Shown: positions 26,054 to 32,889 of the stretch, in pieces
Layout of the letters: each line of letters opens with the position of its first letter
How positions within the stretch are numbered: position 1 is the stretch's first letter
NCBI GenBank assembly: GCA_048370055.1
Contig: DBGBVX010000005.1
Coordinates: 1 to 60,695 of the forward strand
DNA: 60,695 nt
Direction of reading: 5' to 3'
Origin: Candidatus Gallimonas sp.
Lineage (GTDB): Bacteria; Bacillota; Clostridia; Christensenellales; Borkfalkiaceae
Made by a program: the position numbers and the translations under genes
Notes under the pieces: model-generated
Databases searched by the model: none
What the model was told of the DNA's origin: nothing
Seen by the model: the letters and a program-made list of their open reading frames with translations, nothing else

Positions 26054-26830
26054 ATGCAGAACGAACAGGACAGCTTTAAGGGCATTTTCAGCGGAAACGC
26101 CCTCAAACTTATCGCGTGCGTTTTTATGCTCGTCGACCACACGGGCGCCATCCTCTTTCCGGAGATTGCGGCGCTGCGCGCGGCGGGTAGGCTCGCCATG
26201 CCGCTGTTCGCCTTCACCTTCGCCGAAGGATGTTTTTACACCAAGAAACGGCTCCTCCACTTTTTCCTCGTTTTCGGCATCGGGCTCGTGACGAGCGCGG
26301 GATTTTCCCTCGCCGAGGGAGCGCCGCGCGGCGACATCATGATCTCCTTTACGATGGCGAGCCTTGTGATATGGTCGCTCGACTCCCTCAAACGCGGCGT
26401 CTTTCAGCGGAGCGCCAAGCGGACCGCCCTCTCCGCGGCAGCCCTGCTTGCCTCGCTCGCCCTCGCGGTATGGGTATGCTGTTTTTCGCCCATGCGCGTG
26501 GATTACGGGCTCGCGGGCGTATTGCTCCCCGTGACGGTAAGGCTTTTGGACTTCCGCTCCTACGGCGGGAAAGGGCTGATCGCGGAGCTCTACCACCCCG
26601 CGACGACCATTCTCCTGTTCACCGTATGCCTGCTCGTCATCGCCATCCCGCGGGGGAGCCTTCAGCTCTTTTCGCTCCTTTCCCTGCCCTTTCTCCTGCT
26701 GTACAACGGCAGGCGCGGAAAATATCGGCTCAAATACTTCTTCTATGCCTTTTATCCCCTGCACCTCGCCCTTTTGGCGGGGATATTCCTCGCCCTGCAC
26801 CCCGAATCGATCGCGGCTATTTTTTCATGA
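26054..26830 (+). CDS. TraX family membrane protein
   Basis: 258 aa, polytopic. The N-terminal LKLIACVFMLVDHTG motif is typical of the TraX family. Confidence 0.75.
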   Translation: MQNEQDSFKGIFSGNALKLIACVFMLVDHTGAILFPEIAALRAAGRLAMPLFAFTFAEGCFYTKKRLLHFFLVFGIGLVTSAGFSLAEGAPRGDIMISFTMASLVIWSLDSLKRGVFQRSAKRTALSAAALLASLALAVWVCCFSPMRVDYGLAGVLLPVTVRLLDFRSYGGKGLIAELYHPATTILLFTVCLLVIAIPRGSLQLFSLLSLPFLLLYNGRRGKYRLKYFFYAFYPLHLALLAGIFLALHPESIAAIFS

Positions 26831-26836
26831 CGGTAC

Positions 26837-26862
26837 GGCGGGCGCGCATATGCGCGCCCGCC
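26837..26862 (+). terminator. GC-rich palindromic hairpin after the TraX-family gene
   Basis: GGCGGGCGCGCAT/ATGCGCGCCCGCC is a perfect palindrome, but only a weak T-tract (ATTTTA) follows it. Confidence 0.5.
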
Positions 26863-26961
26863 GCCACATTTTAAGGCGGAAAATTGTTTTTAGTTATGTC
26901 CGCGAGGAAGGTTGCCTTCCGCTGCGGTACTCAATTTGCGCACATCCATTACAAATTCGTT

Positions 26962-27281
26962 GCAAAAGGCGTCACTGCGTTATGCCTTTTGCGCCCCTGA
27001 TTGTTGCATAAGCAACTTTTGAGGAAAGAGTGAATGCGGCGCGCTATTATGTTGCGATTGCGCCGCAGAGAGGTGAGCGCGTACGTTATGCCGACAGCCC
27101 CCTGTGGGGCTTCGGCGTATGCGCGAACTGAGAAATTGCCATATCAAGGGCAATTTCGTGACCGAAACCGCGCTTTCCATCGGCGCGGTTGAGACAAACC
27201 CGCGGTTAGCCGTAGGCGTACCCGCGGGTTTTCTCTCAAACTCACGAAGATTTTCCGCGTCAGTTCGCGGAAAATCTGTGA
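26962..27281 (+). repeat. Five-hairpin intergenic repeat element, copy 3, carrying a 123-bp nested insertion
   Basis: 320 bp. H1 is 26962-26992, H1b is GTTGC/GCAAC, H2 is 27035-27067 (TGCGGCGC/GCGCCGCA) and H4 is 27243-27280. Relative to copy 4, an extra segment 27073-27195 lies inside the H3 stem. The element ends 9 nt before the TAA of the convergent ferritin-like gene. Confidence 0.9.
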
Positions 27282-27290
27282 ATTGCGGTT

Positions 27291-28538
27291 TTACGCTCCT
27301 TTTACGCGGCCGACGTCGGTATTGTCCCGCTTTCTGTCGGCGAGCGCGCGGACAGGATGCTCCTTCCCCATGAGGCGGTAGTCCTGCCCGAGGCGCTCGA
27401 TGGCTTTTTCGATGACGGTGTGCGTGCCCGCCGCCTCCACGCTGCCGTGGACGCGCGCGTTATAGCCGAAGTAACGGAAGGAATCGGGGAGCTTATCCAC
27501 ATCCTCGAATCCCTCCTCCACGCCCGTAAGGCGCACGCTTTTGAGCACCTCGCGGATATACTCCTTCTGCGGACGGAATTTCAGAAGCTCGGGGAACTCG
27601 CCGCCCTCGGGCAGCACCTGCTGCCATACCTTTCCGCCGTATACGCGCAGAAGTTCCGCCGCCTCGTGCAGGTGCGAGACCTCCTCCAAAAAGTGCATCT
27701 CCCAAATCTTTTTAATGCGCGCGTCCGTCTCGTCCTCGTAGCAGGAATAATACAGGTAACACTCGGTATACTCGTTCATGAGGAGATTTTCCCACTCGCT
27801 CATGCAGGGATCTTTGAGGCAGCCGTATCCCGTGACGTGCTGTTCCTCGATCATGGCGATCTCGTTGAAGAGCTTTCTCCCGAGCGGCGAGGCGTACAGG
27901 TTGCCGACGTTCATATAAAAGTTCATCGTCTGCTGTTCCGCCGCCGTGATGATGTTCACGTTGAGCTTTGTTCTGAGGTCGTTGAGATAGCCGTTCATAT
28001 AAAAGCGCACGTCGTCGAAGGGGTGGCGGTATTCCGACACGGTGGGCCGCCCGGGCATGATCTCGGTATACTCGCCCACGAGGCGCGCGGGATCGCCGCC
28101 CTTTTCCAATTCCATGAGATCGGCATAGCGGTAAAGGTGATCGAAGTCCTCCAAAAGCGCGAAGTCGAGCTGCTTTTTGACGTAGCCGTTCTTTTCGCTG
28201 AGCGCGAGGTTGGCGGTGAGATCGACCGCGAGCTGTTCATAACCGATGGTGTGTTCCAAAATGCTCTCGTCGGCGGGTTTGAGCGAAGCCACGCGCTTTT
28301 GCTGAAGCTGTTCGCCGCGGCGCATGTACGCAAGGCGGCGGCGCACGTCGTTGTTGGGGCACATGCGCGACATGGCGTGCGTGAGCCGCACCGACTCGAA
28401 CTCGGTGCCCGACATTAAGATGATGCGCAGACGGGTATAGGGATCCACCGCGTTCTTATCGTATGCCCTGACGAGCACTTTCTTCCATTCCGTAAAGACC
28501 TTGTCCGCCTTCTGCGGTTTGAGTTCAAAGGGATTCAT
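27291..28538 (-). CDS. Ferritin-like (di-iron carboxylate) domain protein, function unknown
   Basis: 415 aa from ATG 28538 (AAGGAGGAG RBS). Repeated E/DxxH motifs (LEDFDH, EEQH, EEVSH) suggest a di-metal four-helix bundle. I cannot name a family. Confidence 0.6.
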   Translation of the reverse strand: MNPFELKPQKADKVFTEWKKVLVRAYDKNAVDPYTRLRIILMSGTEFESVRLTHAMSRMCPNNDVRRRLAYMRRGEQLQQKRVASLKPADESILEHTIGYEQLAVDLTANLALSEKNGYVKKQLDFALLEDFDHLYRYADLMELEKGGDPARLVGEYTEIMPGRPTVSEYRHPFDDVRFYMNGYLNDLRTKLNVNIITAAEQQTMNFYMNVGNLYASPLGRKLFNEIAMIEEQHVTGYGCLKDPCMSEWENLLMNEYTECYLYYSCYEDETDARIKKIWEMHFLEEVSHLHEAAELLRVYGGKVWQQVLPEGGEFPELLKFRPQKEYIREVLKSVRLTGVEEGFEDVDKLPDSFRYFGYNARVHGSVEAAGTHTVIEKAIERLGQDYRLMGKEHPVRALADRKRDNTDVGRVKGA

Positions 28539-28605
28539 TTTCTCCTCCTTTCCGCTTTGAATTTTACGGGAATTATTGCCTGCCTGAAAAGGTTTATTCA
28601 TTTGA

Positions 28606-28634
28606 TTGCAAATCGCAGGCAAAATTGTTATAAT
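28606..28634 (+). promoter_or_regulatory. Promoter TTGCAA-17-TATAAT (extended TG) for mtnN-luxS-ung
   Basis: TTGCAA is at 28606-28611, TGT-TATAAT ends at 28634, and a ~130-nt leader follows. Confidence 0.6.
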
Positions 28635-28765
28635 ACAAGCGAGAAAACTTGCTTGCAAGGGTTTTCGAGCGCCGTAGTACAAGAGAAAACGCTTTTTTCC
28701 GTGGATAACGGAAATTCTGCAAGTTTCCGATTTCGGAACATACCTGAAACACAAGGAGGCTATAC

Positions 28766-29425
28766 ATGATCGGCGTAGTTGTTGCAATGGATTCGGAGGC
28801 GGAAGCCCTCCTCAGTCAGATGGACATGGAAAATATCCTTACCGTGCACGGAAAGCCCGTGTATGCGGGCAAGGCGTTCGGGAAGGACGCGCTCGTGTGC
28901 GTATGCGGCGTGGGCAAGGTGAACGCGGCAGTCGGCGCCTGCGCGGTGTTGGAAAAGGGCGCCGAGGTCGTTCTCAACTTCGGCGTTGCGGGCGGACTGC
29001 ACGAGAAAACGCAGCTGACGGAAGTATACCTCATCGACAGAGCCGTGCAGTACGACTTTGACCTCACACAATTAAACGGCGGGAACGTGGGCACCCTCGA
29101 CGGCGAAACGGAGAACTTTTTGCCCCTTTGCACGCCCGCGGCGCTCGACTACCCGCGCCGCGCGCTCGGCTCGGGCGATCGGTTCAACGACAGCGCCGCC
29201 GATCACGACCTGCTCCTCTCCCTCGGCGCGGATATCCGCGACATGGAGGGCGCGGCGATCGCCGAAGTGTGCAAATACGCGGGCGTTCCCCTCGTCTCCG
29301 TGAAGGCGATCTCCGACGTATACGGCGCGGGCAGCACGACGGAACAGTACAAAAAGAACACTGCCCGCGCGATGCTCAACTTAAAGGCGTTCATGGGCGA
29401 GATCTTCGCCGCGCTCGAAGCGTGA
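28766..29425 (+). CDS. mtnN: 5'-methylthioadenosine/S-adenosylhomocysteine nucleosidase
   Basis: 219 aa with the PNP_UDP_1 fold motifs IGVVVAMDSEA, GVGKVNAA and DMEGAAIA. The RBS is AAGGAGG. Confidence 0.9.
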   Translation: MIGVVVAMDSEAEALLSQMDMENILTVHGKPVYAGKAFGKDALVCVCGVGKVNAAVGACAVLEKGAEVVLNFGVAGGLHEKTQLTEVYLIDRAVQYDFDLTQLNGGNVGTLDGETENFLPLCTPAALDYPRRALGSGDRFNDSAADHDLLLSLGADIRDMEGAAIAEVCKYAGVPLVSVKAISDVYGAGSTTEQYKKNTARAMLNLKAFMGEIFAALEA

Positions 29426-29433
29426 GGCAGACG

Positions 29434-29862
29434 ATGGAAAAGATCCCCTCTTTTGAGAAAGACCACGATTCGCTCGTCCCGGGGCTGTACGCGCAGACGG
29501 ACGCAAATCACATTACCACCTTCGACCTGCGCTTCAAAAAGCCCAACGCGGGCGATTACATCACGCCCAAGGCGCTGCACACCGTCGAGCACCTGATGGC
29601 GACGGTGCTCCGCAACAGCCGCGCAAAGCAAAACATCGTCTACTTCGGTCCCATGGGCTGCAGAACGGGGTTTTACCTGCTGACGCTGCGCATGAACTAC
29701 GGCGAGGTGCTCGCGCTCCTCAAAGAGAGCATCCCCGTTGCGCTCGCCCTCGACGAGATCCCCGGGAGCAGGCGCGAAGAGTGCGGGAACTGCCTCGAGC
29801 ACGACCTCGCGGGCGCAAAAGAAGAACTCGCGGCGTACCTTGCCGTATTGGAGAAATTATGA
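29434..29862 (+). CDS. luxS: S-ribosylhomocysteine lyase
   Basis: 142 aa from ATG 29434, with the metal motif HTVEHL and a conserved Cys in GPMGCRTG. Confidence 0.93.
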   Translation: MEKIPSFEKDHDSLVPGLYAQTDANHITTFDLRFKKPNAGDYITPKALHTVEHLMATVLRNSRAKQNIVYFGPMGCRTGFYLLTLRMNYGEVLALLKESIPVALALDEIPGSRREECGNCLEHDLAGAKEELAAYLAVLEKL

Positions 29863-30527
29863 TCGACCTCGGAGATTGGAAGGAGCCGCTCAGACCGCTT
29901 TTTGAGGACGAGCGCTACAAAAAGATCCGCGCCTTCCTCATCGAGGAATACCGCCATCACACGGTATACCCCGATATGTACGATATTTACAACTGCTTCC
30001 GCTACACGCCCTTTGCGAACGTGAAGGCGGTGCTCCTCGGGCAGGATCCCTATCACAACGAGGGGCAGGCGCACGGGCTGTGTTTTTCGGTGCAGGACGG
30101 CGTTCCCAAACCGCCCTCGCTCGAGAATATGATGAAAGAGCTGCAATCCGATTTGGGCTATCCGCCCGCGAAATCGGGCAACCTCACGAAGTGGGCGAAG
30201 GAGGGCGTGCTGCTCATGAACACCGCGCTCACCGTGCGCGCGCATCAGGCGAACTCGCACGCGAACTGCGGGTGGAGTTGGTTCACCGACGCCGTCATCT
30301 CCATTCTGAGCGAACAGAAGGAGCACCTCGTATTCCTCCTGTGGGGCGGCAACGCGCGCAAAAAAAAGGCGCTCATCGATACCTCCAAGCACCTCGTTCT
30401 TGAGTGCGCGCACCCCTCGCCCCTCTCGGCATACAACGGATTTTTCGGATGCAGGCACTTTTCCAAGACGAACGCCTATCTTCAGGCGCACGGCATCGCG
30501 CCCATCGATTGGAACCTGAACGACTGA
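29859..30527 (+). CDS. ung: Uracil-DNA glycosylase (family 1)
   Basis: 222 aa from ATG 29859, which overlaps the luxS stop (ATGA). Motifs GQDPYH and HPSPLSA are present. Confidence 0.93.
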   Translation: MIDLGDWKEPLRPLFEDERYKKIRAFLIEEYRHHTVYPDMYDIYNCFRYTPFANVKAVLLGQDPYHNEGQAHGLCFSVQDGVPKPPSLENMMKELQSDLGYPPAKSGNLTKWAKEGVLLMNTALTVRAHQANSHANCGWSWFTDAVISILSEQKEHLVFLLWGGNARKKKALIDTSKHLVLECAHPSPLSAYNGFFGCRHFSKTNAYLQAHGIAPIDWNLND

Positions 30528-30578
30528 CCCGCGGCGCGTTGCGGCGCCCGATACTGACACAGATAACAAGGAGCGGCT

Positions 30579-31784
30579 ATGAAATATATCGTCATTTTGG
30601 GGGACGGCATGGCGGGATACCCGCTGCCCGACCGCGGCAACAAGACGACCCTGCAGCTTGCAGACACGCCCTTTTTCGACGAATTGGCAAGAAAGAGCGT
30701 CGTAGGGCTCATGAAGACGGTGCCCGACGGCTATAAGCCCGGGAGCGATGTCGCCAATCTCTCGGTGATGGGCTACGACCCCGCGCGCTACTACACGGGG
30801 CGCTCGCCTTTGGAGGCGGCGTCCATCGGCATCCCGCTCAGAGATACCGATGTGACGCTCAGGTGCAATCTCGTCACCCTCTCGGGCGAGAAGAACTACG
30901 AAGATAAGACGATGCTCGACTATTCCGCGGGGGAGATCACCACTGCGGAGGCGCGCGAACTCGTTGCGGCGCTCAAAGAAGCGTTCGACAAGCCCCCCTT
31001 CACGCTGTACGCGGGCATTTCCTACCGCCACTGCCTCGTTGTGGACGGCGGCAGGACGGGGCACATTTTCACGCCCCCGCACGACATCTCGGATAAACCC
31101 ATCGCGGAGTCTCTGCCGAAGGGCGAGGGCAGCGAAGCCTTCCTCGATATGATGAAGCGCTCGTACGAGCTCCTCTCCGCGCACCCCGTCAACAAAAAAC
31201 GCGTCGCCGAAGGGAAAAACCCCGCGAACTCCGTGTGGTTTTGGGGCGAGGGCACCAAGCCGCGCCTGACCGCCTTCGAAGATCTGTACGGCAAAAAGGG
31301 CGGCGTCATCTCGGCGGTCGATCTCGTAAAGGGCATCGGCGTGCTTGCGGGCTTAAAAGTCATCGACGTGGCGGGCGCGACGGGAAATTGGGACACCAAC
31401 TTCAAGGGCAAGGCGGAGGCGGCGGTAAAGGCGCTTTTGGGCGGGCTCGACTTCGTGTACATCCATATGGAGGCGCCCGACGAGTGCGGCCATCACGGCG
31501 ATACGGACAAAAAAATATACTCCATCGAGCAGGTGGATATGGTCGCGAGGACGGTCGCGGAGGCGCTGCGGGCGGCAGGCGAACAGTTCTGCATGCTCGT
31601 GTGCCCCGACCACCCCACCCCCATCGCGCTGAAAACGCATACCGCCGATCCGGTGCCCTTTTTGCTGTACCGCAGCGACGAAGAACGGGCGGGCGGCGCC
31701 GCGCGCTACGACGAGGAAGCCGCCGCCGCGACGGGGCTGTGCGTCCCCCGCGCGTGCGAGCTGATGCAGGCGTTCCTTCGGTAA
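30579..31784 (+). CDS. apgM: Cofactor-independent phosphoglycerate mutase, ApgM type
   Basis: 401 aa with N-terminal ILGDGMAGYP and alkaline-phosphatase-superfamily metal ligands (HMEAPDECGHHGD). The RBS is AAGGAG. Confidence 0.85.
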   Translation: MKYIVILGDGMAGYPLPDRGNKTTLQLADTPFFDELARKSVVGLMKTVPDGYKPGSDVANLSVMGYDPARYYTGRSPLEAASIGIPLRDTDVTLRCNLVTLSGEKNYEDKTMLDYSAGEITTAEARELVAALKEAFDKPPFTLYAGISYRHCLVVDGGRTGHIFTPPHDISDKPIAESLPKGEGSEAFLDMMKRSYELLSAHPVNKKRVAEGKNPANSVWFWGEGTKPRLTAFEDLYGKKGGVISAVDLVKGIGVLAGLKVIDVAGATGNWDTNFKGKAEAAVKALLGGLDFVYIHMEAPDECGHHGDTDKKIYSIEQVDMVARTVAEALRAAGEQFCMLVCPDHPTPIALKTHTADPVPFLLYRSDEERAGGAARYDEEAAAATGLCVPRACELMQAFLR

Positions 31785-31823
31785 AAAATTTTTACATTTT
31801 TTTGAAAAAGTCCGTTCTGCCGC

Positions 31824-31852
31824 TTGCTATTTGTAAATGTTTATACTATAAT
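31824..31852 (+). promoter_or_regulatory. Promoter TTGCTA-17-TATAAT for the acidic hypothetical gene
   Basis: TTGCTA is at 31824-31829 and TATAAT at 31847-31852. Confidence 0.55.
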
Positions 31853-31875
31853 AATGGCAAGGAAGTAATTTTGGG

Positions 31876-32700
31876 GTGATGAAAATGGAAGAATTTACGG
31901 ACGAGATGCTCGCCGAACGCCAACATGTGCTCGATGTGGACAAGTGGCTCGCAAGCGAGGCGGCGGGGTACGATCTGTGCGGCTCGTTCACCTTCTGCGC
32001 CCGCTGCGACAAAGCGGAAACGCACCCGTGCGCCCGCGCCGAAGCTCGCCACATGGAGGAGTTGGAACGGGAGACGGAGGCCTTCGAAGAAGAGCAGGCG
32101 CTCCTCGAAGAGAACGAGGATATCCCTGCGGAAGCGGAGGAACAGCCCGAAGTCCCCGAAGAGACCGAAGAGGAAATCGCCGCGGCGGACGCGGACGAAG
32201 TGCCCGCAGGCTACGAGTGGGTCACGCGCTACCGCCGTTCCTTCAAATCCCGCCTCATTCAGAACGAAAAGATGCAGGATTTTTACACCGAGATCCGCAA
32301 CGCCCTCTCCGAACTTGCGGGACTGCGTTCCCGCGTGAGTCAGGCGTGCGAAAATTTCCGCTTCCACGGCGACCGCATCGCGCGACTCTCCATCGGCGGG
32401 AAGACGCTCACCCTGTATCTTGCGCTCGAGCCTAACGCCTATGAAGACACCAAGTACCGCTACGAGGACGTATCCGACCGCAAGACGTATGCCGAAACGC
32501 CCATGAAGGTGCGCGTGACGAGCAAGCGCATGGTAAAATATGCCAAAGAGCTCATTGCCGACCTTGCGGCAAAGCACGAGGTCCCCGTCGTGGGGCATAT
32601 CCCGATGGACTATCACGCCCCCTTCGAAGACGACGCGGCGCTCATCAAAAAGGGTCTCATCAAACCCTATAACGTGCTCGTAAAAAAGAAAAAGAAGTAA
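31876..32700 (+). CDS. Hypothetical protein: N-terminal Cys cluster, acidic linker, basic C-terminus
   Basis: 274 aa. The start is ambiguous (GTG 31876, ATG 31879 or ATG 31885). Features are CGSFTFCARCDK..HPC, a Glu-rich stretch EEEQALLEENEDIPAEAEEQPEVPEETEEE, and a KKKKK tail. It has its own promoter and terminator. I recognise no family. Confidence 0.55.
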   Translation: MMKMEEFTDEMLAERQHVLDVDKWLASEAAGYDLCGSFTFCARCDKAETHPCARAEARHMEELERETEAFEEEQALLEENEDIPAEAEEQPEVPEETEEEIAAADADEVPAGYEWVTRYRRSFKSRLIQNEKMQDFYTEIRNALSELAGLRSRVSQACENFRFHGDRIARLSIGGKTLTLYLALEPNAYEDTKYRYEDVSDRKTYAETPMKVRVTSKRMVKYAKELIADLAAKHEVPVVGHIPMDYHAPFEDDAALIKKGLIKPYNVLVKKKKK

Positions 32701-32713
32701 AACGCATACCTGC

Positions 32714-32754
32714 AAGGCGATTTCCCCGTCGGGGAGATCGCCTTTTCCCTTTTT
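32714..32754 (+). terminator. Rho-independent terminator after the hypothetical gene
   Basis: AAGGCGATTTCCCCG-tc-GGGGAGATCGCCTT followed by TTCCCTTTTT. Confidence 0.8.
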
Positions 32755-32819
32755 GAAAGCGCGCCGCCCGCAGTCCTCTGCGGGCGGCTCTTGTTATGTC
32801 CGAGCGCGCGGCGATACGT

Positions 32820-32848
32820 TTGACATTTCCCCCGCGGGGGCGTATAAT
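32820..32848 (+). promoter_or_regulatory. Consensus promoter TTGACA-17-TATAAT for the 961-aa lipoprotein gene
   Basis: TTGACA is at 32820-32825 and TATAAT at 32843-32848, with GGGAG as RBS before ATG 32890. Confidence 0.7.
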
Positions 32849-32889
32849 GTAGGCAGGGATACGGGCAGAGATGCCCATGGGAGTACACG

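Noticed and set aside
27493-27501. A perfect DnaA box TTATCCACA inside the ferritin-like gene, and a near-box CGTGGATAA at 28700-28708.
   Set aside because: These are isolated single boxes, one of them intragenic, with no cluster and no adjacent AT-rich unwinding element. They are compatible with chance occurrence.
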